Shown piece by piece: positions 1-12,708 of a DNA stretch of 64,000 nucleotides (position 1 is its first letter; every line of letters starts with the position of its first letter). The notes beneath the pieces were generated by a model. That model did no database searches, was not told the origin of the DNA, and was given only the letters and a program-made list of their open reading frames with translations. Both the position numbers and the translations under genes were made by a program. Source of the stretch: Marsupella aquatica (Eukaryota; Plantae; Marchantiophyta); the NCBI GenBank assembly GCA_973895155.1, contig OZ316899.1, forward strand, positions 14,905,874 to 14,969,873, given 5' to 3'.

Positions 1-1078
1 AACAAATATGCACTCACAAATATGTGCGGCCAAACAAATGCAAAACAATGATAGAGGTGATACTTCATAGAATTACCCCAGAATTGATTCGGAGTGCCCT
101 AGTTTTCTGCCCCAACATCATCATATTGCTCTTCATCCTCATCACCAACATCAACAGGATCATAAATCTTTGCTTGGCCTGCTATACCGGAAGCAACCAG
201 GACAGAGGTGCCACATTTGGCCTTTCCCCTACTACGTGCCTATTTTGACTTATCTAAAAGAATTGAAACAATCATTATAAAGAGTTATGTGAGGAGACAT
301 TTTAATTTGACTAGTTTATGAAAAACAAATATTGAAAGAATAATTATAAGAAATTTAATGAAAAAACTGCACACCTTTTTAAAAGTGAAAAAAACACAAT
401 GCTTTAAGACAAGTGCATTAATTTCAAGGTACTAGTCAATGTACTTGTATAGGTGCAACACTTTATGATTCAAAGAGAAGAGAGTGAACTTTTTTACTTT
501 TTTGTTCTATTTGAGACTCTCTATTTAGTGACACTTGTTGATCAATAAATTATGAACAATATAAATTTTATAACCAATGGCATATAAGGTGCACTCATCA
601 ATAAATAGAATACTAGTTGCTTGGTTGAAGGGTCTAACCTTCTCATACAAGGTTTCATGTGTGGTTAACCTGGAGACGGGTCTTAAACCAAAGCCCTGGC
701 CGGTTAAGCCCGTTTTATGTATGTTAACCAGGAGATGGGTCTTTGTGACCCGTTTTAAACCAAAGCCCTGGCTGGTTACATCTGACCGAAAAGGGCCTTT
801 CTGATGTGACCGAGTAAACTTTTTGCCTTCGCGGGTGCCCGAAAATTTGCGGGTGTGTAAGTTTGAGACAAGACACCCTAATTATTTCCCTGTGTGTGGT
901 TCCTCTGCGGGTCGGATGCCTCTAGTTTTCTTGGCCTGAAGTTTCTCTACGCTTCGACAGCAGACGGTGTGGTAGCATTGTTACTGAACTGGGTTTAGAT
1001 ATCCTGTTCAAACCTCAGCTGAGTTTTCTTTACGAACGGTCTTCTTCAGCTTGTTCAAGTTGCTGACGGTGGGCTAGG

Positions 1079-4000
1079 ATGAGGCGCCGGAGCCCAAGTT
1101 TTAGTCCTCCGCTGAGGAGAGGAAGGGAGGGCAGGGATTATGGTGGACGGAGCAGGAGGAGTCCCAGTGCTTCAAGGGATCGTTATGGACGCCGTGGGGA
1201 TCCTCCAACTAGTCTCTTGGTTCGCAACATCCCTCGAGACTGCCGGTAAGCGCTCTATGGAAGTGGTAGCCTGGTAGATATGAATATTCTGACTCTTCCT
1301 GTGTTTGCTTGTTTCGAAGATTGTGTCAGCTTTCCCGTAAATTTTCTCTTGGGAGTATCTTCCCTACTTCTCCTATCAGATTTTCTAGTAAATGCATGCG
1401 AGCCACCGTTGAGATCGGAAAATTGGGAATTGAAGGTGATGCCTGATGTACCGCGTCGAGCGGAGGGCCCTGAAGGCGGAGTCGGCTGAAGCCAATCTTG
1501 TTTTATGCTTTAGCGGTGACCCGTATTACACCTATCCCTATTTGTCACCCATTTCTGTTCGGTATTTGACACCTTTTGTTGCTCTTGCTACTTTTTCGTC
1601 CTCTGTTAGCAGGTCCGAGGATCTGCGCTTACCATTCGAACGCTATGGGGTTGTGAAGGATATTTACTTGCCGAAGGACTACTACACGGGGTAAGGAAAA
1701 TGTTTTATTTACACCGGGTCCAAAGGTACGAGTCGTCTCGTACCCTGGCGTTGTGGTCAGTTGCCTTGCTGCCTCTAGTCACGCCTGGCGCTAATGGTTT
1801 CTTTTGTACTGTTCGGTAGTGAACTGGGACGTTCGTAATATTTGTCACTCTATTTCCATTCAAATTCGGTATTGTCGTCAACGTTGCCCATAGATCTCTC
1901 TGTGCTCCTTTGCTGTTCGTGGATCTGTGTAGGCATTTTTGTTCCGGAGGTTAGTTTAGAATCCATGTTATGCTCACATACAGGACCGTGATTGACGTTT
2001 AAGGTCTCAGCTACGGACCGTGTTGGCCGTCATCGTTGCCGAGAATTTACTTGATGTCATGTCAAACCTAAGGTTATCCAGTTCTCGTACAATTCTGGTG
2101 ATTAGTTGTGAGTCCGAAAGCCAGTGTAAGCTTTAGGGCTATGGACAGAATATACTGGCTCGTTCTCTTCACGGGCCAGTCGTGTCCTACTGTTCTCCAC
2201 GTCCATGGAAGGTGTCTTTGAATCGCAATTCTCGTCGTTGTAGCCGGGTCCTCCTTCTCTCTCTGGCCAGATGAGAATGTTGACGACTTGCCAGGTGTGC
2301 CCAAATAGGTGAAATATCGGAGGCTTATAGTGTCAGATCAGATCGTTCCTCCCTGTTCGCCAACCATGGCTTCATTACATTTGGCTCTTTGATCTCCAAC
2401 TACACGTCAGGTCTTCTGAATGAGAGCAGAAGGGTAAGTCGTTGACGAGGTGATGACTGCCTAGACACTTAGGCGTGTCCCCGAAATTGATCAGGATTTC
2501 AAGCCGTGTGGTGGGCAGCGCGTGGTCTAGCAACATAGCCAGTTGTTTTTCAAGACACTGGGACCTGCTAATCTGTAGTCCGTTAAAGCACCTTAGTAAT
2601 TGGTGTCTTTCCAGTAACCCTCTAGTACTTACAGCTAAATTTCTCAGCAGGGGAATTTGCTGCTTCTTGTACTTTTGTGCATCACGAATGTGGTTTGGAG
2701 TCCTTCTTAAAGGACTACACACCCACATCCCCGTGGCATTGAGACTTTTGAGAACCTAGGTGTAATAACTGCCCTAACAGGTGGCGTTTAAAGGCAGTAG
2801 AGCTGGCGTCGAAGGGAACTCTCACAGACTCTTTGTGGTTCAAGGGAGGGTAAGACATGAAGATAGTTCAATTGGACCCATGTGAAGAGAAGTGGTGGAG
2901 TGTTGAAGGAGGATGTCCAGGGGTTCATGCTTGCAAATCAAGTGACGAAATGTGAAGAGAGGAACAAGTTTGAAGTCACAACTCAATCAGTTCATACTGG
3001 CGATCGATAGGGCCCTTTTTTCAGCAAGGTCAGCAGCAAGAGCCCTGTGTGGTGCAATGGTTTGATATTTCTTATGGAGATTACCGGTAAATGCCGTAAT
3101 CTATTATGGTATGTATTATGTAATGTAGTAAATGGAAGGAGATGTCCAACCATAGGGCTTTGTCTTCTGTGTCATGGTAATCTCTGCAGCTCCTGGCTTG
3201 GTTATTCTACTCAGGTGCTATAATGTTGCTTTCGCTAAGTGGTGGTGGTGTTGGCAGGGAACCTCGAGGTTTTGGGTTTGTCCAGTACATGGATCCAGGT
3301 GATGCGGCAGAGGCCCAGTATCATATGGATCACCAAATCATTAATGGTCGAGAGATCACTGTGGTCTTTGCCGAGGAGAATCGCAAGAAGCCTCAGGAAA
3401 TGAGGTCCAAAGAGCGTACAAGGTAAGCATATTAAGGAAATACCGGTCCACCAGCTGTACATCGAGAATTTCCACGAAGGATGACATTTACGCTAAATTT
3501 ATGCTCCTCGTTAATGCATTTGATGATGCCGTGTTTAATCTTGTTTGAATCTTATACGTCTCATTCGGTTGGGAAAAACTTTAAACAGGAATTTTGGAAT
3601 GAAATAATTGTGTAGGGGAAGGACAGGGTATGGTGGATCTGTGCGCCGCAAGTCCCCTTATTATGGTATGGAACGTAACCACGGCCTATTACCGAAGGGA
3701 TTTATACGTGCTTCATTTCGTCGATTCAGTCTAAAATACAGGGGGCATTTGTGAAGAGTTCTTGATTTGTACCAGCCGGGCAGTAGTGAAATAGCTGAGG
3801 GAGAAGAGTTTATGTACAATTAGCGCACTCTAATTTGATGCTGGTGTTGTCAGTACGATCCTTCTCACGGTCTCCGAGGCAGTCAAGATCTCCAAGGAGA
3901 GAACGACTTTCAAGGCAATCTCGGTATACGATCATGTCCCTGCTGGCTCTGCGTGTGTAAATTTCGGCTGAATGCTGGTACCAAGATCAAACATTTTTAG

Positions 4001-4326
4001 TCATTTCGATCATGCCACATTACTGGCGTGATTTATACCTGAAAAGTAATCACAGAGAAAATGTCCTATGCTGCCGTGATTCTCTTAGCTGGAGCCTTAT
4101 TGTTCGTTCTGTGGATGTGTCTGTTGTGAGCAGGTCGTATTCACCACCAGAGAGGGCACGCGACCGATCCAGCTCACCTGCTCCCGGTTCAAGTCAACAT
4201 CGAGGTCGGAAATATTCGCACTCTCCTTCCCCTCCGCTCTCGTGGAAGGGTCCAGCTCGCAATGATACACCGGGGACAAAATTATCTAGTTCTCCTTCCT
4301 TTTACAAAGATGTACACCCTTCATGA
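1079..4326 (+). CDS. SCL: SC35-like (SCL subfamily) serine/arginine-rich splicing factor, 240 aa, 6 coding exons: 1079-1245, 1613-1690, 3258-3422, 3616-3665, 3854-3923, 4134-4326
   Basis: All introns are GT-AG and the exons sum to 723 nt in frame. The spliced product has an RS-rich N-terminus (MRRRSPSFSPP), an RRM (PTSLLVRNIPRDCRSEDLRLPFERYGVVKDIYLPKDYYTGEPRGFGFVQY...REITVVFAEENRKKPQEMR) diagnostic of plant SCL28/30/33 proteins, and an RS/SP-rich C-terminus. The exact paralogue cannot be assigned. Confidence 0.93.
2810..3092 (+). promoter_or_regulatory. GAAG-rich segment in the long RRM intron of SCL; candidate autoregulatory poison exon or splicing enhancer
   Basis: Clustered TGAAGA/GAAG motifs at about 2811, 2858, 2883, 2904, 2953 and 2971, followed by a donor-like CG|GTAAAT at 3087. 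Lies in the long intron splitting the RRM at YYTG|EPRG. Confidence 0.5.
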
Positions 4327-5325
4327 GGGACAAAAAATGAGGTACAGTGTCGGCTCAACACCCGCGTTGCAAGGGAAGGAGTATTAATTTGTAGAAGGAT
4401 ATTGCATGTATTTCATAGGTGGGAGTGAAGAGTTTTATGCCTAGTACAGATTAGTACAGATGCATCGAGTTGATAGGCTGTCAATCATTGCTCGTCCGGT
4501 ACACATAGCCAGGGTGACCTCCCGGTAGGGGGGGACTGCTCCCAGGGGGGGACCCGCAAGAAACCCCCTGCCCACCCGCAAGAAACCTAGCAAATAGTTA
4601 CTATTTGCGCTTCGCAGATGACTTTCTCATTGGAGTCATTGGTCCAAGAGCTCTGGCGGAAAGGATAGGCAGCTTGGTTATACAATTTATTGAAGTGCTG
4701 CTCAAGGTCAGCCTGGATAAGACTTGTGAAAGTGAAGCCTTATTTCTTGTAACGTTTTGTTTATGGCACATGACAATATAGTACTGGGAATTTGAATTTC
4801 AATAATTTCTCAAGTGAGTCGTCATTTCCTGTGAGATCTTGTTTAGGGTGTTAGGGGGCTAATTATCAAATTATCACATGATTCTCTGGCATTCAGCTAC
4901 TTCTGCTATATTGGATGATAATGAATTATTAATTTGGATGGAAATTGTGTCGTCAATAGTGAACTTATGTACGAGAGTTTTAGTTGAATAGAAATAAGAG
5001 AAGTGTCTATAAACTGGCTGACTTGTGGAATGGTAGAGAACCATGGATAAGTCCTAATTATCCAGACTAGAGAACTTTTCTGGCCCCTATAATAGGCACT
5101 TCATTGCTAATATGTCAAAACCTACACTCTTTACAGTTTTTAATGTCACGAAACAGATAGTGTCACACACACCAATTAGGGGTAACTCTTGATTTTCAGA
5201 CAAGTGACACTAATTATATCACCCTTAATTTTGGAAATTAAATTAATATATTGAAAAATATCTTTAATTAGAGGTGACAATGTTATTACCCTAAATTGCT
5301 CTCACTCCAAAGTTATTCAAATTAC

Positions 5326-5472
5326 TGTTATAACCCATAATATGACTTAACCCTAGTATAGGATAGGTTAACATTAACCCAACCATGTTAACCCTTCTGG
5401 ACTATATAAGTCCTTGGCATAATGGAAGTGAGTGGGGATTATTGACTACTATCATCTTGTGTATTCATAACA
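5326..5472 (+). repeat. 5' LTR of the Bianca-like copia (147 bp)
   Basis: TGTTATAACC...TTCATAACA, identical to 10920-11066. Confidence 0.97.
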
Positions 5473-5486
5473 CGTTATCAGCGCGA
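5473..5486 (+). promoter_or_regulatory. Primer-binding site of the half-tRNA type (anticodon arm of tRNA-Ile)
   Basis: CGTTATCAGCGCGA directly follows the LTR and has no TGG. It is complementary to the tRNA-Ile(IAU) anticodon arm UCGUGCUAAUAACG (recalled sequence), allowing I:C and G:U pairs. Confidence 0.7.
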
Positions 5487-6018
5487 CTTGCTCAATTACA
5501 TTTTTTTTACATGTGCTCCCTCCCCAAAATCTGACAACTCAATAGATCGAGGTCCACACAAAGAAAACAACACAATGTTGTGTGTTTTTTGCTCTAATGG
5601 CGAGAATAACCGCCTAACTACCTCCCGAGAATAGAGAAAACAAGCTTATGATCGAAGAACAAAGAACTGGCCATAGAGCGTCGAGCCTAATCATGAGCGA
5701 AGATTCTCAACCTTGAACGAAGGAGACAACGCGACGAGACGCGAAAAACAAAATAAAAGACATTGGCGAAAACTGAAAACTTTGAGGACCGCACACAAGG
5801 ACATACGAACGAACTCCATCGGGGACAATTTGGATGCGATTCAAGGGGCAGATGAGTCCCGTGCCTTGAGCGAAAGGATCGCTATCGTTTCTCTTTCTTT
5901 TGGTTAACTTGATCCATCACAACAGCCGATCGATCGGGCGGGACAAGGCGAAAGTCATAGGCATTTGATACAAAGGAACACCATATATTTATAAGGCCCA
6001 AAATCAGGCGAAATAGAC

Positions 6019-9000
6019 ATGGCGACATTGGAGAAGTTACATTTCCCAGCCCTACTAGTAGACGGCAGCAACTACTTGACATGGGCCGTAGATGCGGAAA
6101 CATACTTCGCATCGTTGGAGCTTGAAGATACATTAATCACAGACCAAAATCTGACTCTACAACAGAAGGCCAAGGCCGTGTTCCTTTTGCGCCAGCACTT
6201 GGTTCCCTCACTAAAATCCCAATACATGAACGAAGTCAATCCACAACTCCTGTGGGACAAGTTAAAGGCCCGATTCGACCATATGCGCGAAATATGGCTT
6301 CCTGAGGCTCGCCGCGATTGGTACAACCTACGAGTGATGGATCATACTTCCATTGCTAACTACAACAGCGCTCTATTTAAAATTACCTCTCAACTAGAAC
6401 TCTGCGGCCATCCAGTCCCAGACGCAGATAAGATCGACAAGACACTGAGTACATTCCCCGAATCAAACATTGCACTCGGTACACAGTACCGAAATATGCA
6501 ATTCACCACATATTCAGATCTTATCGCACATTTACTTGTAGAAGAGAAGCAACAGGTGGTCGCCATGCAAAACGCCCGAAAAAGACCTGCGGGAACAGAA
6601 CCACCACCACACAAACCAGAGATAAATTACTATCAGCGAGATAACATGGGACGAGGCCGACCAAGAGGCAGAGGCGGATACCAAGGCAGAGGTAGAAACC
6701 AATCCTACAGAGGTCGAGGATATCGACAATCATACAACACAAGAGGCAGGGGAGTAGGCGGCAGAGGCAGGATGAGTGATAATGCATCGGACAACACCAA
6801 AGATGACAGGATGTGCTACCGATGCGGAAAAATAGGACACCTGAAGAAAAATTGTTGGGCATCGGACCAAACAGCCAGGAAACATACAGAATCAAGAGCT
6901 AGACTCAAACAAAACCCAGCAGGGAACTACATGGAGCTAGAAGAAGCAATAGCCACCTACAAAGACCCCGAACAACCTCATGAAGTGGAGACCCACATAG
7001 TAACTCCAGCAAGAGGACCCTACACACTACAAGACCCCAATCTGGGCATAATTGACAGCGGTACGTCTCATACAATACTAAAGGACAAGAAATATTTCCA
7101 CTCAATTACCCCATCAGCCCGGCATATGACCACCATTTCAGGCACAAACCAGATTGAGGAGGGTAAAGGCACAGCCACGGTAATATTCCCAGGAGGCACT
7201 GCACTCGCCATCGAAGCAGCGATATTCGCCCCGCGAGCTACAAGGAACCTCATCAGCTTCCGAGACATAGTCGCAAATAAATATCAACTGCGCACAGTGA
7301 AAACAGACGAGGAAGATACCCTCCAAATCGTGGAGGTTACCGAACAAGGTATACATATTAAAGAAACCTTACCCCTTATACCACCAGGCCTCTACGCAAC
7401 TCAAATTCAAGCTCACTATGTCACTGCAGACTTACCTGATATCACATACTTATGGCACTGTCGACTGGGACACCCCGGAGTAAATATGTACCGCAGAATT
7501 ATTCATGACTCCCGTGGAATCCCCCAAGGAGTCAACCCATCAACAAAACAAAGGCAATGCCTGGCGTGCTCTCAGGGGAAGCTGATTACACGCCCACAAA
7601 TACAGAAGACAATCTATGCCATCCCGAACTTCCTGGAACACCTGAACGCAGATGTATGCGGCCCGATCCACCCACCAAGTGGACCGTTTAAGTATTTCCT
7701 GGCCATCATCGACTCTTCGACCAAATGGCTGCAAGTATCTCTACTCTCTACACGCAACTTGGTCTTCGCTAGGATACTGGCCAACATTCTAAAGCTTAAA
7801 GCACAATTCCCAGAACATCCAATTCGGAAACTGAGAGTGGATGGTGCAGGGGAATTCACCTCAAAAGCATTCGATGAGTTTTGCTGGGCAGCGGGCATTG
7901 ACACTGAATACTCAGTCCCATATGTCCATTTCCAAAACGGAATGGCAGAATCCGTTATCAAGCGTATACAGATGATAACCAGACCCCTGTTAATGAATTC
8001 AAAGTTACCCCTATCCACATGGGGACACGCAGTCCTCCATGCTGCCACACTGCTTCAATACAGACCATCGGCGTTCAACACAAAGACTCCACACCACTTA
8101 GCGTTCGGACTACCTCCAGACCTGTCACACCTGCGGGTATTTGGATGCAAAGTCATGGTCCCAATACTGGGACCCAAGCGTACAAAAATCGGACCTCAAA
8201 GACAAGAAGGAATCTACATCGGAAATGACTCATCCTCGATCATTCGCTACCTAGAACCGACAACAGCCGATGTGTTTAAGGCCAGACATACAGATTGTCA
8301 TTTTTACGAAGACACTTTTCCCACCCTAAGCATAGACAAACAAATGACAGGGGACTTGCACCCACACAAGATCAACTGGAACAGCAGAAACTTACTCAAC
8401 CAGGACCCGAGGACGAAACAAACGGATGCAGAAGTTAGACGATTACTCCACCTCCACGGGATGCTGGATAAGATCCCAGATGCATTTAATGATGCAGCAA
8501 ATGTTACAAAATCCCACAACGAGGCAACCAATGTACCAGCCAGAGTACAAATGAATACTCCTCCAGCAACAGTAGCTGCCCCTAAGGCGAAAAGAGGTAG
8601 GCCACCAGGATCACATGATACCCGACCCCGCCAAAGACGCCCCCATCAGGTAATTCCTGAAACTACTTTTCACTTCATTAATAATGAATCCGAGACACCA
8701 GACATATCGGGTAATGAGGAGATGTCAATTCAGTATAAGCATACAGGACAAATTTACACGAGACAAAACACTACTGTCGACGAACAATTTGCTTACCATA
8801 TAGCTCAAGAAATAACCAATGATACTTCGGACCCTTTAACAATCAAAGAAGCACAAACAAGGTCAGATTGGCCACACTGGAAAGAGGCCATTGACACAGA
8901 AATGGATGCACTAATCCGTCGACAAGTCTTCGGACCAGTCAAACAAGTTGATCCTAACAATGACTATACAGACAGCCGATTTACGTTCATTAAAAAGCGA

Positions 9001-10580
9001 AATGCAAAAGGTGATGTTATCAGATACAGAGCGCGGTTAGTAGCAAAAGGATACACCCAGATCCCAGGCAGGGACTATGATCTAACATATTCACCAGTAA
9101 TGGACGTGACGACATTCAGGTATTTAATTGCTTTCTCTCGCAAACACCAGTTATGCAATATCCTTATGGACGTAGTAACGGCATACCTATATGGAGTCTT
9201 AGACTCCGAAATTCATATGAAAGCACCAAAGGAATTACTCGAAAGAGTGGCAGAACACATTCAGGGGAAGCAATACCCGAACCTGAGCAAGGATATGAAG
9301 TCGGGAATTGACCAGATTATCCCTAATGATGATTGTAAAGGCCTTGTGTTGAGCAGTGGCAACACACAGAAAGCACCACTCCAGTACCCCGGAAAACGAA
9401 GGACTGGACAGCAGGCATTTGCTGTGCAAGTATTGAAATCCATAAACGGCCTGAAACAAAGCGGCCGTATATGGTACCAGAAATTTAAAACCGAAATACA
9501 AGCACTCGGATTTATTACAGAAGACATAGCGCCCTGTATATTCATCAAAAGAGTAGACACAGAGTTCATCGTGTTAGCGCTATATGTCGATGACATTAAT
9601 CTCTTCGGTACACAACGACTATTACGACAAACAATCAACACAATGAAGGGCATTTTCGAGATGAAAGAACTGGGAGAACCGACTTACTGCCTCGGCCTTC
9701 AGTTCGATCACCTACAGACAGGCACATTCATTAGCCAGTCTACCTATACAAACAAAATCCTCCAACAATTCAATATGCAAAAGGCATACCCGGTATCAAC
9801 ACCAATGGAGCTGAGATCCTTAGACACTGCGAAGGACATGTTCAGGCAAAGACAGGACAACGAACCAATACTAGATTCAGATAAGCCATACTTATCGGCT
9901 ATCGGAGCCCTCCTTTACCTGGCCAACAACACCCGACAATACGCCACTGGAACGGCATAAAACGAGTATTCCGATACCTCCAAGGAACAATTGACATGGG
10001 ACTATTCTTCCCCAACGAAAGCGAGGATGAACTTACAGGATACACGGACGCTGGATACCTCTCAGACCCCCAAGATTCAAAGTCGCAGACAGGATACGTC
10101 TTCTTGCAGGGTAAAACCGCCATATCTTGGAGAAGCACGAAGCAGAGCCTAACCACAACGTCATCGAATCACGCCGAAGTAATTGCCCTCTATGAGGCAT
10201 GCCGCGAAGCGATTTGGCTCCGTAGTATAATCACACATATACTCAAACAGACAGGAAAAACCTTACTCACAAATCCAACCACCATCTACGAGGACAATAG
10301 GGCATGCGTCGACCAGATAGTTACAGGCTACATGAAGACCGATCGAACCAAGCACATAGACCCGAAATTTTTCTTTACGCACGAACACAGCGGAAAGCAA
10401 ATACAAGTAAAGTGGATAAGCTCACAAGACAATTGCGCCGACCTCTTCACCAAGCCGCTACCAGCGACTACACATCGAAAGCACGTCAGCGCCATTGGAA
10501 TGCATCGTCTCTCCTCCCTAACCTCCTCGACTAACGACAACTCCCGACACGAACACACAGCCAACGCAAAATCGAAGTAG
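6019..10580 (+). pseudogene. Copia gag-pol polyprotein with a single frameshifting deletion near 9935 (ORFs 6019-9960 and 9996-10580)
   Basis: CCHC knuckle CYRCGKIGHLKKNC; protease IIDSGTSH; integrase WHCRLGHPG, DVCGP, RVDGAGEF, QNGMAE; RT RYRARLVAKG, YVDD; RNase H GYTDAGY, IYEDNRAC, NCADLFTK. Confidence 0.93.
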
Positions 10581-10919
10581 AACCTCGACAAACTACTAAA
10601 TCATAGTATCTAACGAACAGTTTACAGAGAGACACATGTTCCCCCGTCATGAATACAATACTACCCCGACTAGAGTAACAAATAAACGCTTACTTACTCT
10701 TAGCCCACTGGCTTAGACAGTAATAGGCTACTTTTAGACTTAGAGCATACACATTAGAGACTTTCTGAATTAGGGACCACAAATTGTAATGATGGTAGTA
10801 CTCTTCCTTGAGAGGAAAGCAGCAAGGTTTGATGAGGCTACATCATAAGTGACTCCCACTTTTAAACTAGGGTTAAATGTGTGGTTCCTTGACACCCCGT
10901 CCAAGTAACCAAGGGGAAG

Positions 10920-11066
10920 TGTTATAACCCATAATATGACTTAACCCTAGTATAGGATAGGTTAACATTAACCCAACCATGTTAACCCTTCTGGACTATA
11001 TAAGTCCTTGGCATAATGGAAGTGAGTGGGGATTATTGACTACTATCATCTTGTGTATTCATAACA
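10920..11066 (+). repeat. 3' LTR of the Bianca-like copia (147 bp)
   Basis: Identical to the 5' LTR; preceded by the PPT and followed by TSD ATTAC. Confidence 0.97.
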
Positions 11067-12097
11067 ATTACCAAGGACATCTCTTTTTGTGTATGTTCTT
11101 AAAAAGTTACTCTGTGTTTTATTTTGTGAGTCTTTGTGAAAGGAGGTTGATAGATTTATAACATGGTGGGAATGGATTGACCCCCATAGTTGAATTTGCT
11201 AACATAAGGGAAAGAGAATCAAAACTATGTCAAAATGTCACTTGTAATTAATCTACATCTCATGTGGCTTATCCTCCTACATTTCAAAAACCAATAAATG
11301 AAGACCCAAAAAATATGGGGACTGGGCCATGGGGCACATCTGGGAAATTGATAAATCCAGGCAAACACAAGGGCAAACATTTATTTTTGACATTGGCAAG
11401 GGACTTTGTAGCTAAGGTGAACAGTTCTGTTGACAGAAGTGACATGTCTTATGCACAAAATTCAATGATAAATATAGATTTGTCTCTAAATGTCAATGGT
11501 TTATAGTTTGAAAATCAACTTACACCTGAGCTTTAGAATATCATAGTAAAGTATCGAGTGAATTTTTAAGGGAGTCGAGTTGACCTTGACATTGATGCTA
11601 CTGTTGAAGTGGCTCCTAATATTGGTGAACCAGGTGAGGAGCCAGCTCAACCCTCTCCTCTTCGGGTTGTACGCCGTCTTGCAAGGATGAGACACAGGGG
11701 ACAAATTGGAGGAGATTGAAAATAATGTTAGTTTATAGCTTATGTGAGACAACGTGCTATTCATAGTTGATCGAAGTGAATCAAACAGATCTTGTTTGTT
11801 CAATGTGGTTCAAGAGTACTCCAAATTACAAATGTGAGCAGGAGTTATAAATTTCTGAAGTTTGCTCAATATTTGAGTAGTATATGGAAGGAATTATAAG
11901 TTTCTGAAGTTTTCTCAATGTTTGAGTAGTAAAATTTGTAAACTGTAATCAAACATTGTGCGCATTTTTTAATTTCTTATAAGCAACTTTTAACTATTGT
12001 CCATTCTTTGTTTTTAACTTTAAATGTGTGTGACACTATTTAACTTGTGACCACAATTAGTGTCATACTATATTAGTGTCACACACCTTAATTATCG

Positions 12098-12203
12098 TCA
12101 CTTACCTCAAATATAACCTCACACTAATTATAGTGTGTGAGACTAAATACTCACTTACCTCAAATATAACCTCACACTAATTATAGTGTGTGAGACTAAA
12201 TAC
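12098..12203. repeat. 53-bp perfect tandem duplication next to the right TIR
   Basis: TCACTTACCTCAAATATAACCTCACACTAATTATAGTGTGTGAGACTAAATAC occurs twice (12098-12150 and 12151-12203). Confidence 0.92.
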
Positions 12204-12708
12204 TGTAAAGAGTGTAGTTAAATGACAACTCCCTGTACTTTAATTTAACTTGGAGGAATGTTCGGCCATAATTCCATAATTGCTCAGCACGACAGACTAC
12301 AATAATTACTAAGTTTTGAAATGGATAAAATGTAAGCCAAAGATTTCATTGGAGATCTGACTTTTTGTGCCATATATTTGAAATGGATTCAAGCCAAGCC
12401 AAAGATCTCATTGAGATATGACTTTTCTACCATATAGACAAATGATGTGGACACTTCTGATAAAACATTTAGAGGCCGATTGATAAAAATTTAGAGCCCA
12501 TAAACAATGGATGGGAATCACTCAATTCACAAGGAAAACTTGGTTTTGTTTGATTTTTCAATGAAAACCCATCTATAGATTTCATTGATACTTAAGGGCC
12601 CTATGGAGAAAGTTTCTTACAAAACATTTGGAGCTCACTTTGAGTGATTTCACATTAACATGGAGAGATACACATAGTGTACCTCCCACTACAATTTTTT
12701 TATTTAAC

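Larger units (their letters stand above)
5326..11066 (+). mobile_element. Ty1/copia LTR retrotransposon, Bianca-like, very recent insertion
   Basis: Two identical 147-bp TG..CA LTRs; perfect 5-bp TSD ATTAC (5321-5325 and 11067-11071); PBS CGTTATCAGCGCGA; PPT AAGGGGAAG (10911-10919); domain order gag-PR-IN-RT-RH. Confidence 0.97.
5125..12214. mobile_element. Non-autonomous TIR DNA transposon (about 1.35 kb without the nested copia), TA target duplication
   Basis: TA-CACTCTTTACAGT...ACTGTAAAGAGTG-TA: a 13-bp perfect TIR extending imperfectly to about 25 bp, with shared subterminal TAGTGTCACAC/GTGACACTA motifs at both ends. A decayed transposase-like reading frame lies at about 11150-11570. Confidence 0.8.

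Noticed and set aside
660-800. Imperfect repeats (AACCAAAGCCCTGGC twice) upstream of SCL
   Set aside because: Possibly promoter elements, but no supportable assignment.
4505-4592. G/C-run segment with CAGGG..CCCTG and a duplicated CCCGCAAGAAACC in the SCL 3' region
   Set aside because: No 8-bp TSD for a hAT element; too short to interpret.
6072-10591. Many short antisense ORFs over copia and LINE coding regions
   Set aside because: They are shadows of the sense-strand codon structure.
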